Part shown: piece by piece, positions 1 through 16,507 of the stretch
How the letters are laid out: the number at the start of each line of letters is the position of its first letter
Position numbering within the stretch: position 1 is the stretch's first letter
Assembly: GCF_009914755.1 (NCBI RefSeq)
Contig: NC_060934.1
Reading direction: 5' to 3' (one strand)
DNA from: the human T2T-CHM13v2.0 reference genome, Homo sapiens
Length of the DNA: 64,000 nt
Position numbers and translations under genes: made by a program
The notes under the pieces: model-generated
Told to the model about the DNA's origin: nothing
The model's input: only the letters and a program-made list of their open reading frames with translations
The model's database searches: none

Positions 1-735
1 GCCACCACACCCAGTAATGTCCTAATTTTAATATTATTCTGGAGTTACATAGAAGAATATCCTTATTCTTAGGAAATACACACTTGGGGTGATTGTTTAC
101 AATTTACTCTCAAATAGTTAAAAATTTATTTATTTACAAATAATTTTTATATTTATATATACATAAAGAGACAAAGTGAATGATTTTTAAAATGGAGTTA
201 GGTTGAGTGCGCTGGCTCATGCCTGCAGTCCTAGTACTTTAGGAGGCCAAAGTGAGTGGATCGCTTGAGCCCAGGAGTTCAAGAGCAGCCTGGGCAACAT
301 GGAGTAACCTCATCTCTACAAAAAATACAAAAATTAGCCGGCATGGTGGTGTGTACCTGTGGTCTCAGCTACTTGGGAGGGCCGCCTGAACTCGGGAGGT
401 TGTGGCTACAGCGAGCCATGATTGCATCACTGCACTCAAGCCTGGGTCTAAAAAGGAAACTAAATATTAAAAATTTGTGAGTCTAGGTAAAGGGTATGAG
501 GAGCATTCTATGTACTATTCTTGTAACTTTAAATTTGAAAGTATATAAAAACTTGCAGTTACCAAAAAAAAAAGGCTATGGAATTGTATGTTCAGAATGA
601 ACATCTATTTTGTAAAATAGCAATTAAGACTTAAACTTTAATCAGTTAAAATTAAATAAGTAATATAGGTTTTTTTTGTTTGTTTCTTTGTTTTTGTTTT
701 TTCCATCAAATCATGATAAAGAAAAGATATCTTAC

Positions 736-826
736 CTTTTGGAAGTTTACCTCCAAGAATAGTAAATTTTTGTGGATTTTTCAAGAATTCAACAACTTCC
801 TGTAATTCTTGTTTAGCTTCCTCCAC
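736..826 (-). CDS. YME1L1: YME1L1 coding exon 10 ([30 protein letters not shown]), start of the AAA ATPase domain just before Walker A; gene continues beyond the window
   Basis: tttag|GTG acceptor and AAG|GTAAG donor; 91 nt, phase fits the previous exon; FtsH-family motif [16 protein letters not shown]. Confidence 0.97.
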
Positions 827-2971
827 CTAAAGTGACACAATTTTCCAAATAACTTTAGATAATGGACACGTTTGGTTAGATTATCAAGGCTTCCCTTTTG
901 AAAATCATAAATTTAATTTGGATATGGAATTAACCTGACCTTCTCTGTTTCAGTAAAAAAAGCATACAAAAATGGCCCCTTATAAAACAAAGGGTTTTCC
1001 CCTGACCATTATTTCCCATTATGCAAAGTCTCCTTACTATCCCCAAAAAAATCATTCTGAACTTTCATTTTCTCAGTGAGAAAACAAAAGTCAAGTACAT
1101 TGGACAGGGTTAAAAAGAAAGTACCTAGAGAGGAGCATTCTAAAACATGAAACATAGCTTCACGCCAAAGGGCATTCTGAAAATGTCCAATTAATGTCAA
1201 GATTCGCTTATTATTTCAAGAAAAATTCCCAGGCATATTTCCAGGAAATATTACACTTATTAAAGAACAAAGTTATGTTTTTTTGTTAGACTTGAAATGA
1301 TCTTTGAAAGTTATTCTGATTAAATAATTAAAAATGTAATAATGTTTTAATCAAGTTAATGGTTAAAAACATAGCATTTTCTTTTCAGAGTATTTAAAAA
1401 AATACAAAACAAAGCTTTGTCCATTCCTAGGTCCAGGAGAAGCGTGTACATATGTTCACCAAGAGACTTGTATAAAAATAGTCACACCAGCTGTATTTGA
1501 ACCAAAAACTAGAAATAAATGTCCACCCTAAAGTAGTGTAATTGCACCGTGTTGTAGTATTCTTATAATGGGATACTATGCAATAAAGGATAAATAAACC
1601 TCAACTCCAAGTAACATAGATGGATCTCACAAACATGTTGAATAAAAGAAGCCTCATACAAAAGAGGATATTCTATATGGATTACATTTATCTAAAATTC
1701 AAAAATAGGGAAAATTCATGTATGGTATTAGACAGGAAATTGTCCCTAGGTTAGTAACCAGAAGGAGGCATCAAGGAGGTTCTGGGCTTCTGCTAAGGTT
1801 CTATTTCTTGAGCTGGGTACTTATAACACAGACAGTTTGTGAAAATTTATGGATTTGGGCACTGTTGTGTGAATTTGTTAAACTTCAATGAAATTTATGG
1901 TTAAAAAAAGACTTGGCTGGTTTATTAAAAGAGAACTTGAAAGATAATATCCATGTACTAAAAGAAGACTAAAATATATTTGGTCAAAATAATAGATATA
2001 ATTCCAATTTTAAGCTGTAGGAATAAAGAAGAGATTAAACATAATTTAATACTCAAATAAACTATATTCTCTCTCCAAATTCTGTGGCAAGAGAATCCCC
2101 ACTTGAGGAACATAAGATCTATCAAGGAAAATAGTTAATGGGATCAAGGTAATGAATCAAGTTATTAAATGCCCTTATTAATATTTTTAAGGCTATATAT
2201 ATAAGTGTGCCCATATATTCAGAAATTCTAGGCAAGGAAATGACATTCCTATACAAGCTCTTTGAGATTTGGTAAACATTTGTCACAGGAACTACCTAAT
2301 GGCAAACCTGTTCTGGTAAATGCTACTGAATTACTTTGCTCTATATAAATTTAGGTCTTACAGCAATTATAAAATTGATTCATTTTAGCATGGAAAACTT
2401 GGTAAGGATCTACCTTAATTGTGATGTCTACTTTCACTATGCTTAGTTATCAGCATGGCTTTAGTTTAGTACTCAGAAATCCCCACATTCCAGGACAGGC
2501 GTGGTGGCTCATGCCTGTTACCCCCAGCACTTTGTGAGGCTGAGATGGGAGGACTGCCTGAGCTCAGGAGTTTGAGACCAGCCTGGACAACAAAGTGAAA
2601 CTCTGTCTCTACACCGCTCCCCCACCCCCCAAAAAAAAGAAGAAGAAAAAGAAAGATAAATCAGCTGGGCTTGGTGGCTGATGCCTATAATCCCAGCACT
2701 TTGGGAGGCAAAGATGGGTGGATCACTTGAGCTCAGGAGATCAAGACCAGCCTGGGCAACGCAGCTAAATCCCGACTCTACAAAAAAAAACTACAAAAAT
2801 TAGCCAGGCATAGGGGCACACGCCTGTAGTCCTAGCTACCTGAGAGGCTGAGGCGGGAGGATGGCTGGAGCCCAGGAGGAGGAGGTTGTTGTGAGCTAAG
2901 ATCACACTACTGCACTTCAGTCTGGGTGATAGAGCCAGACCCTGTCTAGAAAGAATAATAAAATTAAATTA

Positions 2972-3156
<185 letters not shown>

Positions 3157-3849
3157 ATTCCAAAAGAAGTGTGATATATTCAGTAAGTATGTAAGTACAT
3201 TACAGACAGAGAATAACAATGCTGTGTCTGACCTCAGCCTTAATACAGGCTCAATTTAGAAAAGGCATGCAGACCTCAAACACAATGAGAAGGGCCCTCC
3301 ACGCTGATGACTGAAGTTTTCAAATAATCACTGCACCAACCTCTTCCTCAATTGTTCCCTTTATACAATTCCAACAGGGTTCATAGCCATTTAAACTGGA
3401 AAGGAAAGGAAAGAACTACTTGGTTGTAAAACTATCATAATGATTCCCAATGCCTTATTCCCCAATAGTCAAGGCTGAAAAAACATGGTTATGTATAAAC
3501 AGAGACACGAATAAGTAAAGAAGAAAAGCAGAAATAATAACATAACCAATCTCTTCAGAGTTGGAAGAGTCCTCAGATCACGTACTTCAAATCCCTCCTG
3601 CGGAAGAATTTCTTCTAAAACACTCCTGAAAGATAATTACCCAGCCACTACAGTTCTGAGAAATCAAATGTAATAGAGCAGATATAATGGCAAAGCACAG
3701 AGAAGAGCACAGTGTGGTACTAAAGTTGCAGAATTCACATTTGGAAAAGATAAAATAAAAAAAAAAAATCAGTAGAAAAACCACTCATTTTGACTTGTCT
3801 TAATATAAATTCATGATCCAAAATTTCAAGTGAGCACAACAGTTTTATT

Positions 3850-5430
<1,581 letters not shown>

Positions 5431-5901
5431 ACTATAAACTAGCATTTATCCATTCTATTCATTCAAGAAATATACATTGTCTAACATGTTTTAGATAGTG
5501 GAGTTACAAAGATCAGTAAGAGGTACAGGTAAAGAAGGACCATTTATTAAATATCTACTATGTGTCAAGCACATACATTATCTGTCAGGATCTAAAGTAA
5601 TTTCTTCAAGGTCTCATAGCTAATAAGTATAAAAATGAATTTCAAACATTAGTCAGCTTGACTCTGAAGTCCACATTCACTCCACTACACCAGGCTGCTC
5701 CTTCATAAATTATACTATCCCCTGCCATAAAGCAAGATTTGATCCTTGGCTATTATTATTTATCCCAAAATACTAATGTTTCTAATACTTTTGGACACAA
5801 TTTTACCTATTCTAGAATACACTGTAGAATCAAATATCGACCTCATATAGAGTATCAATTAGAGGATGTATGAAGAAGGCAAGGCAATCTTCTTAACTTA
5901 C

Positions 5902-5984
5902 CCCTTTAACATGTTCAAAGGTGACATTTTTCATCTGGACAGGATCTACTGCAGAATCAAGCCCTGTTGTTGTCCGGAAGCGGA
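5902..5984 (-). CDS. YME1L1: YME1L1 coding exon 9 (RFRTTTGLDSAVDPVQMKNVTFEHVKG)
   Basis: ctttag| acceptor and GGG|GTAAGT donor; 83 nt; VTFEHVKG corresponds to the FtsH VTFxDVxG motif. Confidence 0.97.
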
Positions 5985-6128
5985 CTAAAGGGAAGAAAAG
6001 AAATGTTTATATTTGATAGATTAATAACATTCCAATCACCTTGTTTTTTAGATGCAAGAAAGCAAAGCCTAGAAAAATTAAATGTCTAAGTGACCTAACT
6101 TCACATATCAAATCAGAGTGAGGAATAG

Positions 6129-6368
<240 letters not shown>

Positions 6369-6504
6369 TGACCTCAGGTGATCCACCCGCCTCAGCCTCC
6401 CAAAGTGCTGGGATTACAGGCGTGAGCCACTACGCCCGGCTGGTCTTCTGGATTTCTAAACCATCTTCAAAGAGTAAGTGATTCACGTTAAAAAGACATA
6501 TTTC

Positions 6505-6562
6505 GGCTGCTCTGCCTATGGAGTAGCCATTCTTTTATTCCTTTACTTTCTTAATAAACTTG
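6505..6562 (+). mobile_element. 58-nt MER41-type LTR fragment ending just after AATAAA, followed by an A-rich tail
   Basis: Closely similar to 24863-24919 of the MER41 copy in this window. Confidence 0.7.
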
Positions 6563-8081
6563 AAAAAATAAAAAATAATAAAGACTGGGCGTGGTGGCTC
6601 ACACCTGTAATCCCAGCACTTTGGGAGGCTGAGGCGGGCAGATCGCAAGGTGAGGAGATCGAGACCATCTTGGCTAACGGTGAAACGCCGTCTCTACTAA
6701 AAACACAAAAAATTAGCTGGGCATGGTGGCGCAAGCCTGTAGTCCCAGCTACTCGGGAGGCTGAGGCAGTGAAATTGCTTGAACCCCAGGAGGAGGAGGT
6801 TGCAGCGAGCCAAGATTGCCCCACTGCACTCCAGCCTGGGCAACAGAGCGAGACTCCATCTCAAAAAAAATAAATGAAATAAAATAAAAAAATAAAATAA
6901 AATGACCTATTTGTACTTTTCAGTTAATAAAATCAAAAATTATTTTCTACTTCTTATTGTAGTATCTAATGATAGAAATCTTAAATCAAAGTTTCTCAAA
7001 CTTTGGTGTGAATAAAACTCACTTGAGAAGTATGTTAATTCTCAGGCCACAGCACAGGGCCCAGGAGAATTTTCATTTTTAACAAACACTTCAATTATTC
7101 TAATTGGTCACAGGTCTACACTTTGAAACACATTGCCTTAAAGTTAGCAGAAAACATTGACACACATTAATAAAAAATTGAGGCTTAACACATTATTATA
7201 CTTTTCATGTAGTCTTCTTCCTCTGACAACTGTTATTACTTGCCCTCAAATGACCTATCAATTATGACAACATTAAGTCTGACAAGCAAGACAGAAAAAG
7301 TCTGATAGGAGAGTAAAATATTTGAGATCAATTTTGGAGAACTATTACAAGGATTTCTTAAGTCTTTCCCACTCAGGTAGAAACTTCCAAACTAGAGCAG
7401 TTATAAATGAGTAAATTGAGCAATTTCTAATTTCCTCAGAAGAAGCCCAAAATACTGTTAAGATAGGCTGAAAAATGAGCTGGCAAAATATGGGGTTAAG
7501 GAGAAATGCTTAATAAATCAGGAACATAGAAGCTGGGAAAACAAATTTAAAATAGTAATTCTAGAATGAACACCAATAGTTTTGGCCCACAAAGTATTTT
7601 TTAAGAATCTGTACATATCCTTAATATTTAAGAGAATAGGCAACACAGGGTGAAAACTGCACAGTAGTGGAAAAGGTAATTGGAACCACGTAAGTCTGAC
7701 ACTATTGCTTAATTTCAGATAAGCAAACTAAAAAAAAGGGAAACATTTAATGTGATTTTATGAATAAACTGAATTTGTTTATCTTTGAAATAGAAGACTA
7801 TTTCAGCTTGTATTGCCATTATAAAATTCTTCTACATAATTTTAAAATTAATTAATTAATTTTCCTTTCACCCTGTTGACCAGGATAATTTTTAAATTTT
7901 ATAATTGGACAGGTATCATTTTCTAAAAATCTGGGAAACTAACCACTACTAGGAATGAAAGCCTAATTCTAGTACTGTAAACATTAATATGTTCTTTCTT
8001 TAAGGGTTAGATTAGGCATTAAAAGGAATCATGTATTTAAAGGAATAAGAAATAAGTTAGACAAATAAAAAAAGCTTTTAC

Positions 8082-8165
8082 CAGATAAAAATGGGTTTTT
8101 TAGAAGTCCATAAATGCCGAATAGCAGCAGAACGAAGAGAATCAGACGGGTTCGCCTTAGGGAAT
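8082..8165 (-). CDS. YME1L1: YME1L1 coding exon 8 encoding the transmembrane segment (SLRRTRLILFVLLLFGIYGLLKNPFLS)
   Basis: tctcctag| acceptor and CTG|GTAAAA donor; 84 nt, phase 1-1; hydrophobic stretch. Confidence 0.96.
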
Positions 8166-8873
8166 CTAGGAGAGAAAGAAAAAGCTTTACATGAAATCAC
8201 ATTTATGAAATATGACAGCTCAATGAAATGCAAATATTAGGTTATTGTTAATAATCATATTTCATCACATCCAATTTTGGAATCTGGCATTCTTTCTCAC
8301 AACTGCTATGATTTCCTGTAAGTACCCTATTATCAAAAACTTAAGGCCAAGCATGGTGGCTCATGCCTGTAATCCTAGCATTTTAAGAGGTCAAGGCAGG
8401 AGGATCACTTGATCCCTGGAGTTCAAGACCAGCCTGGACAACAGGGCAAGATTCCATCTCCACAAAAATTAGCTGGGCGTGGTGGCACATGCCTGTGATC
8501 CTAGCTACTCAGGAGGCTGAGGTGAGAGGATCACTTGAGCCCAGAAAGTTAAGGCTACAATGAGCCATGATTGCACCACTGCACTCTGGCTTAGGCAATG
8601 AAGCAAGACCGTGTCTCAAAAACGAACACAAACAAAAAATAAAGAAACAAAAACCTTTATGAAGCCATTCACACTTCCTGTTCTCCAATTTGTTTTCTCT
8701 CTTGAGAAAGGGAAACCATCAGCAGTATCGCCATTTCTACATAGATTAAGTTACAAATATAGTGGAATTTAATCAATAGATGGTCTTAGAAAAGTTACTT
8801 AAAACTTAAATGTAGGACTATGACTTCCTTTCAGTTACTCTTCTCAAACACGGATGGTGTCAATTCAACTTAC

Positions 8874-9024
8874 CATTGGTTTTTTGTGTGAGTGCTTGAG
8901 CTTTCAGAAAACCTTCCGCAAAACCAGTTTTAAATGCATCTTGGTGAGCTTCAGGTATATTTTTGGTTTTCATGAGTTTGTCCAAACTCTCAACATCTGA
9001 TCCTCTGTCCCGCAAAAGAAACCC
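8874..9024 (-). CDS. YME1L1: YME1L1 coding exon 7 (GFLLRDRGSD...AQALTQKTN)
   Basis: attcag| acceptor and ATG|GTAAGT donor; 151 nt; overlaps ORF 8860..9045. Confidence 0.97.
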
Positions 9025-10318
9025 CTGAATACACAAACAACACATCAGTACTGGTTAACAACACAGTGATACTTCCCAACAATATTGTGACCACTCAAAA
9101 AAATTCACTAAAATTCTGTATAATTTTTACTGTCAATGTGAAGAAACAGATTAAGACTCAGCAATGAATTAATCAATAACTAGGAAACTAACACTAGATC
9201 CCATTCCTGCATCAATCAATTAATAATATAAAGAAAGTGGCATTATTCTCTGCACGAACACTACACTGAAAACAGGTCACATATTATTTTAGGGTTTGAT
9301 TGGCTTAATGTTCATATCCCTCTATCTTTGCTAGAGGAAAAAATCTCATTAATTTACTAAATGTCTACTAAGCACCGTTCATATACTTGGCCTTATATAA
9401 GTTCTGAAGATGTAAAGATAAATAAACCACTGATCTTAAAGTTTTCAGTCTACTGGAAAAAGATATATAAATAACTAAGTTTCTTAAATCATTTTGATAT
9501 TATGTTAGAAGTATTATGTATGGTGGTAAATCAATGCTACCTCAGGAATATGGAAAAGGCCTTACAGAGAATAGGACATCTAAAACACAGGGAATAAACA
9601 CTATGAACAATCTGACGGAGGCATGAATCAATAGCCTTCAGTGCTCAAGAACTGTAAGCAATCTTATATAAGACTTCAATGCCAAGAGAGGAGCAGGGAA
9701 ACAGAGGGGCATATTGAATGGTGAGAAGAGAAACATGGCAGGTAGAGATCAAATGATGAAATTCCCAGTGTATCAGGTGGAGGTAAGCAATAAAGCAGAG
9801 TAATATAACTAGATCATTATTTTAGAAAGATTGATGGGTGGCAGTCTGGAGGCTGGACTGAACGCAGCAAGACTAGAGGCAAGGAGACTAAACAAGTATT
9901 CATTACAGTAATTTAGGCAACAAATAGTTATAGCCTATCTATGGCAGTGGAACAGATGTAAGAAATATTTAGGAGGTTGGATCAACAGGACTTTAGTGGT
10001 TAATGGATGTGGGAGGTAAGGCAACATGGACAAACGTAGGTTGATAGCCAGGTTTTTAGCTTGGGTGGATGCTGCTCATTAATACAGAGAACACCTCGAC
10101 AGGTGTAGGTTTGTGGGAAAAAAATCTAGTAAGTAGAGAGGCAAGTCTGGTGCCCAGAAGAGTTAGAGGTATAATGATTACACAGGTTACTAATCCCTTA
10201 TTATTAGTGGAAAGAAGGAAGAATATCTATCAGCCAACAAAAGAAATCAGATATTGAAGCTCCTCACTCTAACAACTTGAAAATATTTGCTTTTTGGATC
10301 ATAAAAAGGTCTAATTAC

Positions 10319-10428
10319 CTTCACGAATGATGGCGCTATATTCTGTGTTTCAGCTAATCTCTCGGAGGTAGACTGGAGACGTCGTGTCCTTGATTTCAAA
10401 GTTTTAAAACCCCGAGACTGTATGAAAA
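10319..10428 (-). CDS. YME1L1: YME1L1 coding exon 6 (FIQSRGFKTLKSRTRRLQ...APSFVK) containing the presequence-processing Arg149 (716-aa numbering)
   Basis: ttatttag| acceptor and AAG|GTAATT donor; 110 nt; overlaps ORF 10247..10447. Confidence 0.97.
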
Positions 10429-11349
10429 CTAAATAAAACAATACCATTCACTGTCACTATAAATTGTTACAGGAAAAGAAAAATGCCTAAGATTCTAAAG
10501 TCTGACACCCTACCTGTATATCCTAGTCTATCTAATTTGCCTGACACTTCAATACGTTTTCCTTTGTTTCCTTCTTTTTTGTAGAGACGGGGTCTCCTTT
10601 TATTGCCCAGGCTGGCCTTGAACTCCTGGGCTCAAGCAGTCCTCTTGCCTCAGCCTCCCAAAGAGCTGGGATTAGGTCTGAGAACTTAAATCTATCATGC
10701 CCAGCTTATAGTTTTTTCTATCCTCCTTTTTTCAAAAGGAACTTTATTTATTTATTTATTTATTTATTTATTTGAGATGGAGTTTCACTCTTGTTGCCCA
10801 GGCTGGAGTGCAAGGCATTGCTGCTCACTGCAACCTCCGCCTCCTGGGTTCAAGCAACTATCCTGCCTCAGCCTCCTAACCTCAGGTGATCCACCTGCCT
10901 TGGCCTCCCACAGTGCTGGGATTATAGGCGTGAGCCACCGCGCCTGGCCTATTTTTTATGTTGATAGGGGATAAAGGTAAATAGAGAAGTCAGAGGGTTA
11001 TACAATATAATTTAAAAAACTGAGTATCAACTCTGATAAACTGTGATTTCAAAAAAAAAAAAAAAACCCAACCAAGTAATTAAAATAGATTGAATCTACA
11101 CAACTGATTTTTACATGTTTTTGGTAATTACATAATGTTTTTGAAAAAAGGGTAAGTGTATCAAATTAGTGTCTTCTAATTTCTCAAGCCCCAATCCCAC
11201 TTCCCAGAAGTATAACCTGTTAACAATTCTGACTACCCTTGTATGCATGCACACAGGTGCTCTTTCTATAAAAACTACTCTAGAAATAGTACCTAATTTT
11301 TTGCAATTTTCATTTTTCGTGCATATTTTTCAGAACAGAACAGTGCATT

Positions 11350-13150
11350 CAGTTTAATGGCTGTTTACACTTTTCCAATTTATCACAGTGCAATTCATTC
11401 AACCATTTCCCTGAACATTATTTGTTTTCTGGTTTTTATTGCTGGAAACAATACTGTGGTGAACATTCTTATACATGTATGTCAGCAGATGTAGACTGAA
11501 TTCCTGAAAGAAACACTGTTAAGGTTTAAATTTTGTTTGACACTAAGAGACTACTTTCTAAAAAAGGCTGTTATCAATTTATGTGCCCACCAATGCTTAT
11601 GAGTTTCCTTTTCTTCATATCCTTGCCGACACTAAATAATATGAATCTTTTAAATTTGTGCAAGTCTGACGGGCAAAAATAACAGTACCTTGTTTTACTT
11701 TGCATTTCCCAGATTACAAGTGTGGGAAAATTTTGAAAAGCTTCCTCTGTATTTTTATTGACTATTTTTATTTTTATTTCTTTAGTAAATTGACCATGCA
11801 TGTCCTTTGCACATTTTTCCATTTTTATTTAGATAATATGGATGTTACAGATAGTAATCTTTAGTTATATATACTGTAAACATTTATTTTAATGTGTCTT
11901 TGTCTTTCGATCATATACAGTAATTTATTAGCTCAGTGCAGCCATACCTTTGCTGTGTTTTCTGCATTTTAACTTGATTAGAGTTTCATTGCCAAACTAA
12001 GATTTTAAAGGTAGTCTACTTACTTCTAATATTTTCAGTTTTATATTTTTGTTTTCAACCCTTTAACATATTTGGAACTTTTTTTTTTGGTATGATGTAA
12101 GAAAAGAACTTGATTTTTCCAAAACAGCCACTTAGGCTGATAACATTTGATAATCCATCATTTGCTTATTGATTCAAAATTCTTAATTTTGTTGCACTGA
12201 TGTATGTCAGCACTAGGTTAAATTTTTTAATTTTAGTTATTTGTAATACTACACTACTGATTTCCATGGCTAAATATCTGTATTTTCATGTACTTAAGTA
12301 GGATAAAATCCCCTTCATTAGTATTCTTTTAACATGTACTCAGTTATTCCAAATTAAGTTTAAAATCAACTTCTCGATTTCCCAAGTGGGTCATTAGAGT
12401 TTTGATTGGGGTTGTATTGACTTTACAAATTTGGGTGTAAATTGATACTGTTGTAATACCTAGTTCTTCCAAATAGGATTATGGCCTTATTTTATTTCAC
12501 TCAGTTCCTCTTTCATTTCCTTCAGTAAAGCTTCATACACACACGTGTGTATGTGTGTATATATCTATGTTGTATATTTCCTGTCAGGATAAAACATTTA
12601 CTGGGTTTTAAAGAAATTGTAAATAAAACCTGCCGCTAGAATATAAGAAAGCTATTGATTTTTATGCATTTATCTGGTATGGACAATGCAGTGAACTCTT
12701 TATTTCAACAGCCTTTTGGATGATTTTCTTGAATTTTCTGGTAAACAATCGTTATCACCTGCAAATTATAATTTTACTCCTTCTTTTGACTTACATATGG
12801 CTCATTTCGTTTTCTTTTAAATCATATTGTTCAGAATCTCCAAATTAATGCTGAAAAAAAAACCAGGATACTCCATGTTTCTCAAATTAACAGGAACATA
12901 ATAGATGTTTAATAAATTTTAAGTTTCCTTCCATTTCTAACTTTCTAAGAGTTTTCAGGAAGCACAGCAATTAAAATATATCATGTCTTTTTATCATACA
13001 TTGAAATAATGATATTTTTCTTTTCTAATCAATATGATAAATTGACTTACTAATAATCTTAAATCACTTTTGTATTCCTTAATCATGATATAATATTTTT
13101 AGCACATTTCTAGATTTGCTTTCTTCAGATTTTATTTAGGATTTCTGTTA
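11350..13150 (-). mobile_element. Degenerate old L1 (L1M-type) fragments
   Basis: T-rich sequence with L1M-like phrases (tttgcatttcccagatt, attttgattggggttgtattg); boundaries approximate. Confidence 0.5.
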
Positions 13151-14433
13151 AGTGAAACACATCTATTTTGTTCCTCTGTCGTGCTTGCGTGTGTATATAC
13201 ATTCAGACACAGATACATACATATATACATATATATATTTTTTAGATAGGATCTTGCTGTCACTCAAGCTGAAGTACGGTGGCATGATCATAGCTCACTG
13301 TAACCTTGAACTTTGGGCTCAAGCAAACCTTTCACCTCAGCCTCCCAAGTATCCAGAACTACAGGGGCATGATACCACGACGGGCTAATTTTTGTTGCTG
13401 TTGTTGAGATGATGTCTGGGCTTGTTTTGAACTCCTGGCTTCAAGCGATCATCCCAAAGTGTTGGGATTACAGGTGTGATCCACAGTGCCTGGCCTTATG
13501 CTAATACTAAAAAGTTTTACTAACAGCAATCTCATGGAATAAATAGGGAACTCTATCTTTTTCTTTTTAATAAGGTTTTAAATTAAAAAGAAACTCAAGA
13601 TTCTAGAAGAATGCAGCCATAAAAATTATCTGAACCTAGTGCCTCTGGGGCAAAGGGACAATATTTTTAAAATACTGTCTTTTAAACTTCATGGTTATTA
13701 TCCTATCTCTTCTTGGGTTAACTTTGTTAATTAATTGCTTAGACAATTGTCCATTTCAACATATTTTTATTTTTGACATAAAGTTACACATACTACCTTG
13801 CAATTTTAAAACCTTCACATATCCATGGCAATTCCCACTCATACTTCTAATACTGTCTGTATTTTCCTGTTGTTTCTTAATCAGAATTGTTAAATTGTTC
13901 CTTTTTTTATACTAAATTTGTTTTTGGTTTAATTAAAACTATTTCCACCTATTATTTTAAAATGTTTGCTTTGTGTGTATTAATTTCTTCTATTATTTTT
14001 CAGAAATTCAATTTATTTTCTATCTTTATGTCTTAAATTTTTTTTTCTTTTTGAGACAAAGTCTTGCTCTGTTGCCCAGGATGGAGGTGCCATCTTGGCT
14101 CACTGAAACTTCCATCTCCCAGGTTCAAGCGATTATCCTGCCTCAGCCTCCCGAGTAGCTGAGATTACAGGCATGTGCCACCACACCTGGCTAATTTTGT
14201 ATTTCTTTTTTAGTGGAGAACGGGGTTTTACCATGTTGGCCATGCTGGTCTTGAACTCCCGACCTCAGGTGATCCACCTGACTCAGCCTCCCAAAGTGCT
14301 GGGATTACAGGCATAAGCCACTGCATCCAGCCTGATTTCTCAGTAAATTATATAACGCCCTCAATGTCATTTTGTCCTCACCAAGAGTCTGATATACAGA
14401 TTTTCACTGTGGTTCATTACTGAGTGTCTGTAA

Positions 14434-14741
<308 letters not shown>

Positions 14742-15628
14742 TGATCCACCCTCCTCGGCCTACCAAAGTGCTGGGATTACAGGCATAAGCCACTGTGCCT
14801 GGCCGTATTTAGGTATTTTTTTAAGCTGTCTTTTCTGTTACTGGATTTTTATCTTTATTTTCTGACATTGAGAGAATCTAACCTCAGAGTTACAACATTA
14901 GGAAAATTTATTAAGATAGTTTTCATACCCTAGGTAACACACGCTCAGTTTTTATACATCTTCCAACAATAGCTAAAAACGTATCAGCTGTCTTCTTCTG
15001 TCTTCTGCATTAACTATTTCTTTAGAGGGTTATTAGTCTCTTTGCTGAAATTGGTGCCTCTCTTTTATGCTTTAAGTTTTCCTCAAATATGTGGATTCTT
15101 GGTAATCCATTTGTATTTATAAATAAGAATACAGTGATCAGGGCCTGGCACCGTGGCTCATGCTGTCATCCCAACACTTTAGAAGGCCAAGGCAGGCGGA
15201 TCACCTAAGGTCAGGAGTTCTGAGACCAGCCCGGCCAACATGGTGAAACCCCGTCTCTACTAAAAATACAAAAATTAGCTGGGCCTGGTGGTGGGAACCT
15301 GTAATCCCAGCTCCTCAGGAGGCTGAGGCAGGAGAATTGCTTGAACCCAGGAAGTGCCACTGCACTCCAGCCTGGGTCACAAGAGGAAAACTCCATCTCA
15401 AAAACAAAACAAAACAAAACAAATACAGTCATCAGTATTGACTACAAATGGGTATCCTCAACACTAGCAAAAGTAAATATACTTAGAATATAAAACATGG
15501 ACTATGCTAAATGAGCAGAATACTTTAGCGAATGTGTAATTCAAAACCAAAGTAATCTGGGGTGCTAGCTTCTTTCTTTCCTTGGCATCAATGCTCAAAC
15601 CAGGAGTCTCCACAGACAGATGTCCCTC

Positions 15629-15629
<1 letters not shown>

Positions 15630-15670
<41 letters not shown>
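15630..15670. repeat. (CA)20 microsatellite
   Basis: Uninterrupted CA run. Confidence 0.98.
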
Positions 15671-15673
<3 letters not shown>

Positions 15674-16408
15674 GTCTTATTAGAAAGGTGTTTTTTGCTA
15701 ATTTATCTAAAGGTTAAAGGCCATATCTGCACTGTGATTGGCCCATTTCTGGCAATCTTCAACTGTTTATTCCATCCCATCCCAGTGCCCAATTTTACTG
15801 GCTCTGGAAGTGGGGTTTTTCCTGAGTTCTACTACTGGAAACAGAAGTACTCACCTCTTTCATGACACCATTAGTCCCATGAAGGTAGAAAACATGTCTT
15901 TTTCATTTACAGTGATCACTATCACCTGACATCTATCACTAGTGCCTTGTATTCAAAAATTATATGAATAAATGCAAATTTGATTTTACTGTCAATTTGA
16001 TGTCACTTATTTTACAACTTACTGAAAGCCCTCAAATTTCTCGTCCGTTAACGGAACGCTTCTGTTGTTGCTCTTTTTTTCTCATATATATATATATAAA
16101 ATTAATTTCAATGGGCTTTTGAAAGTGAGGATGAGTAAGCAAATGTGGTTAGTCATTTATCTTGAAACAAGCGTAGATAAGTTCCCTGGAGTTTGATTTA
16201 TTGTGGCACTATCACGCTCAAAATTTAGCTCCTATATATTTTCCAGATTAAAAATTATACAGAAGTACCCAAACTCATTAATTCCAAATACTCTTTAGGT
16301 CCTGTGAATTGCAAATGAATGTTTAGAATTAATACCATTAAGAAAGACAAATCAGACTATAGTAAATAAATATTTTTTTTTCCACAATTTATGGTTGTTG
16401 CTTCATAC

Positions 16409-16507
16409 CTGGCCAGTACTGAAGATCTGAACAAATGCTTTGAAGAGCTCTTGAATGATGTCGATACAAGCAAGAGGAACGTAATGTACTAAATATATCT
16501 AAGTTAC
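16409..16507 (-). CDS. YME1L1: YME1L1 coding exon 5 (NLDIFSTLRSSCLYRHHSRALQSICSDLQYWP)
   Basis: ttccctccag| acceptor and CAG|GTATGA donor; 99 nt, phase 1-1. Confidence 0.95.

Noticed and set aside
15849-15860. Strong minus-strand donor GAG|GTGAGT in YME1L1 intron 5
   Set aside because: No convincing pyrimidine-tract acceptor at a sensible distance upstream.
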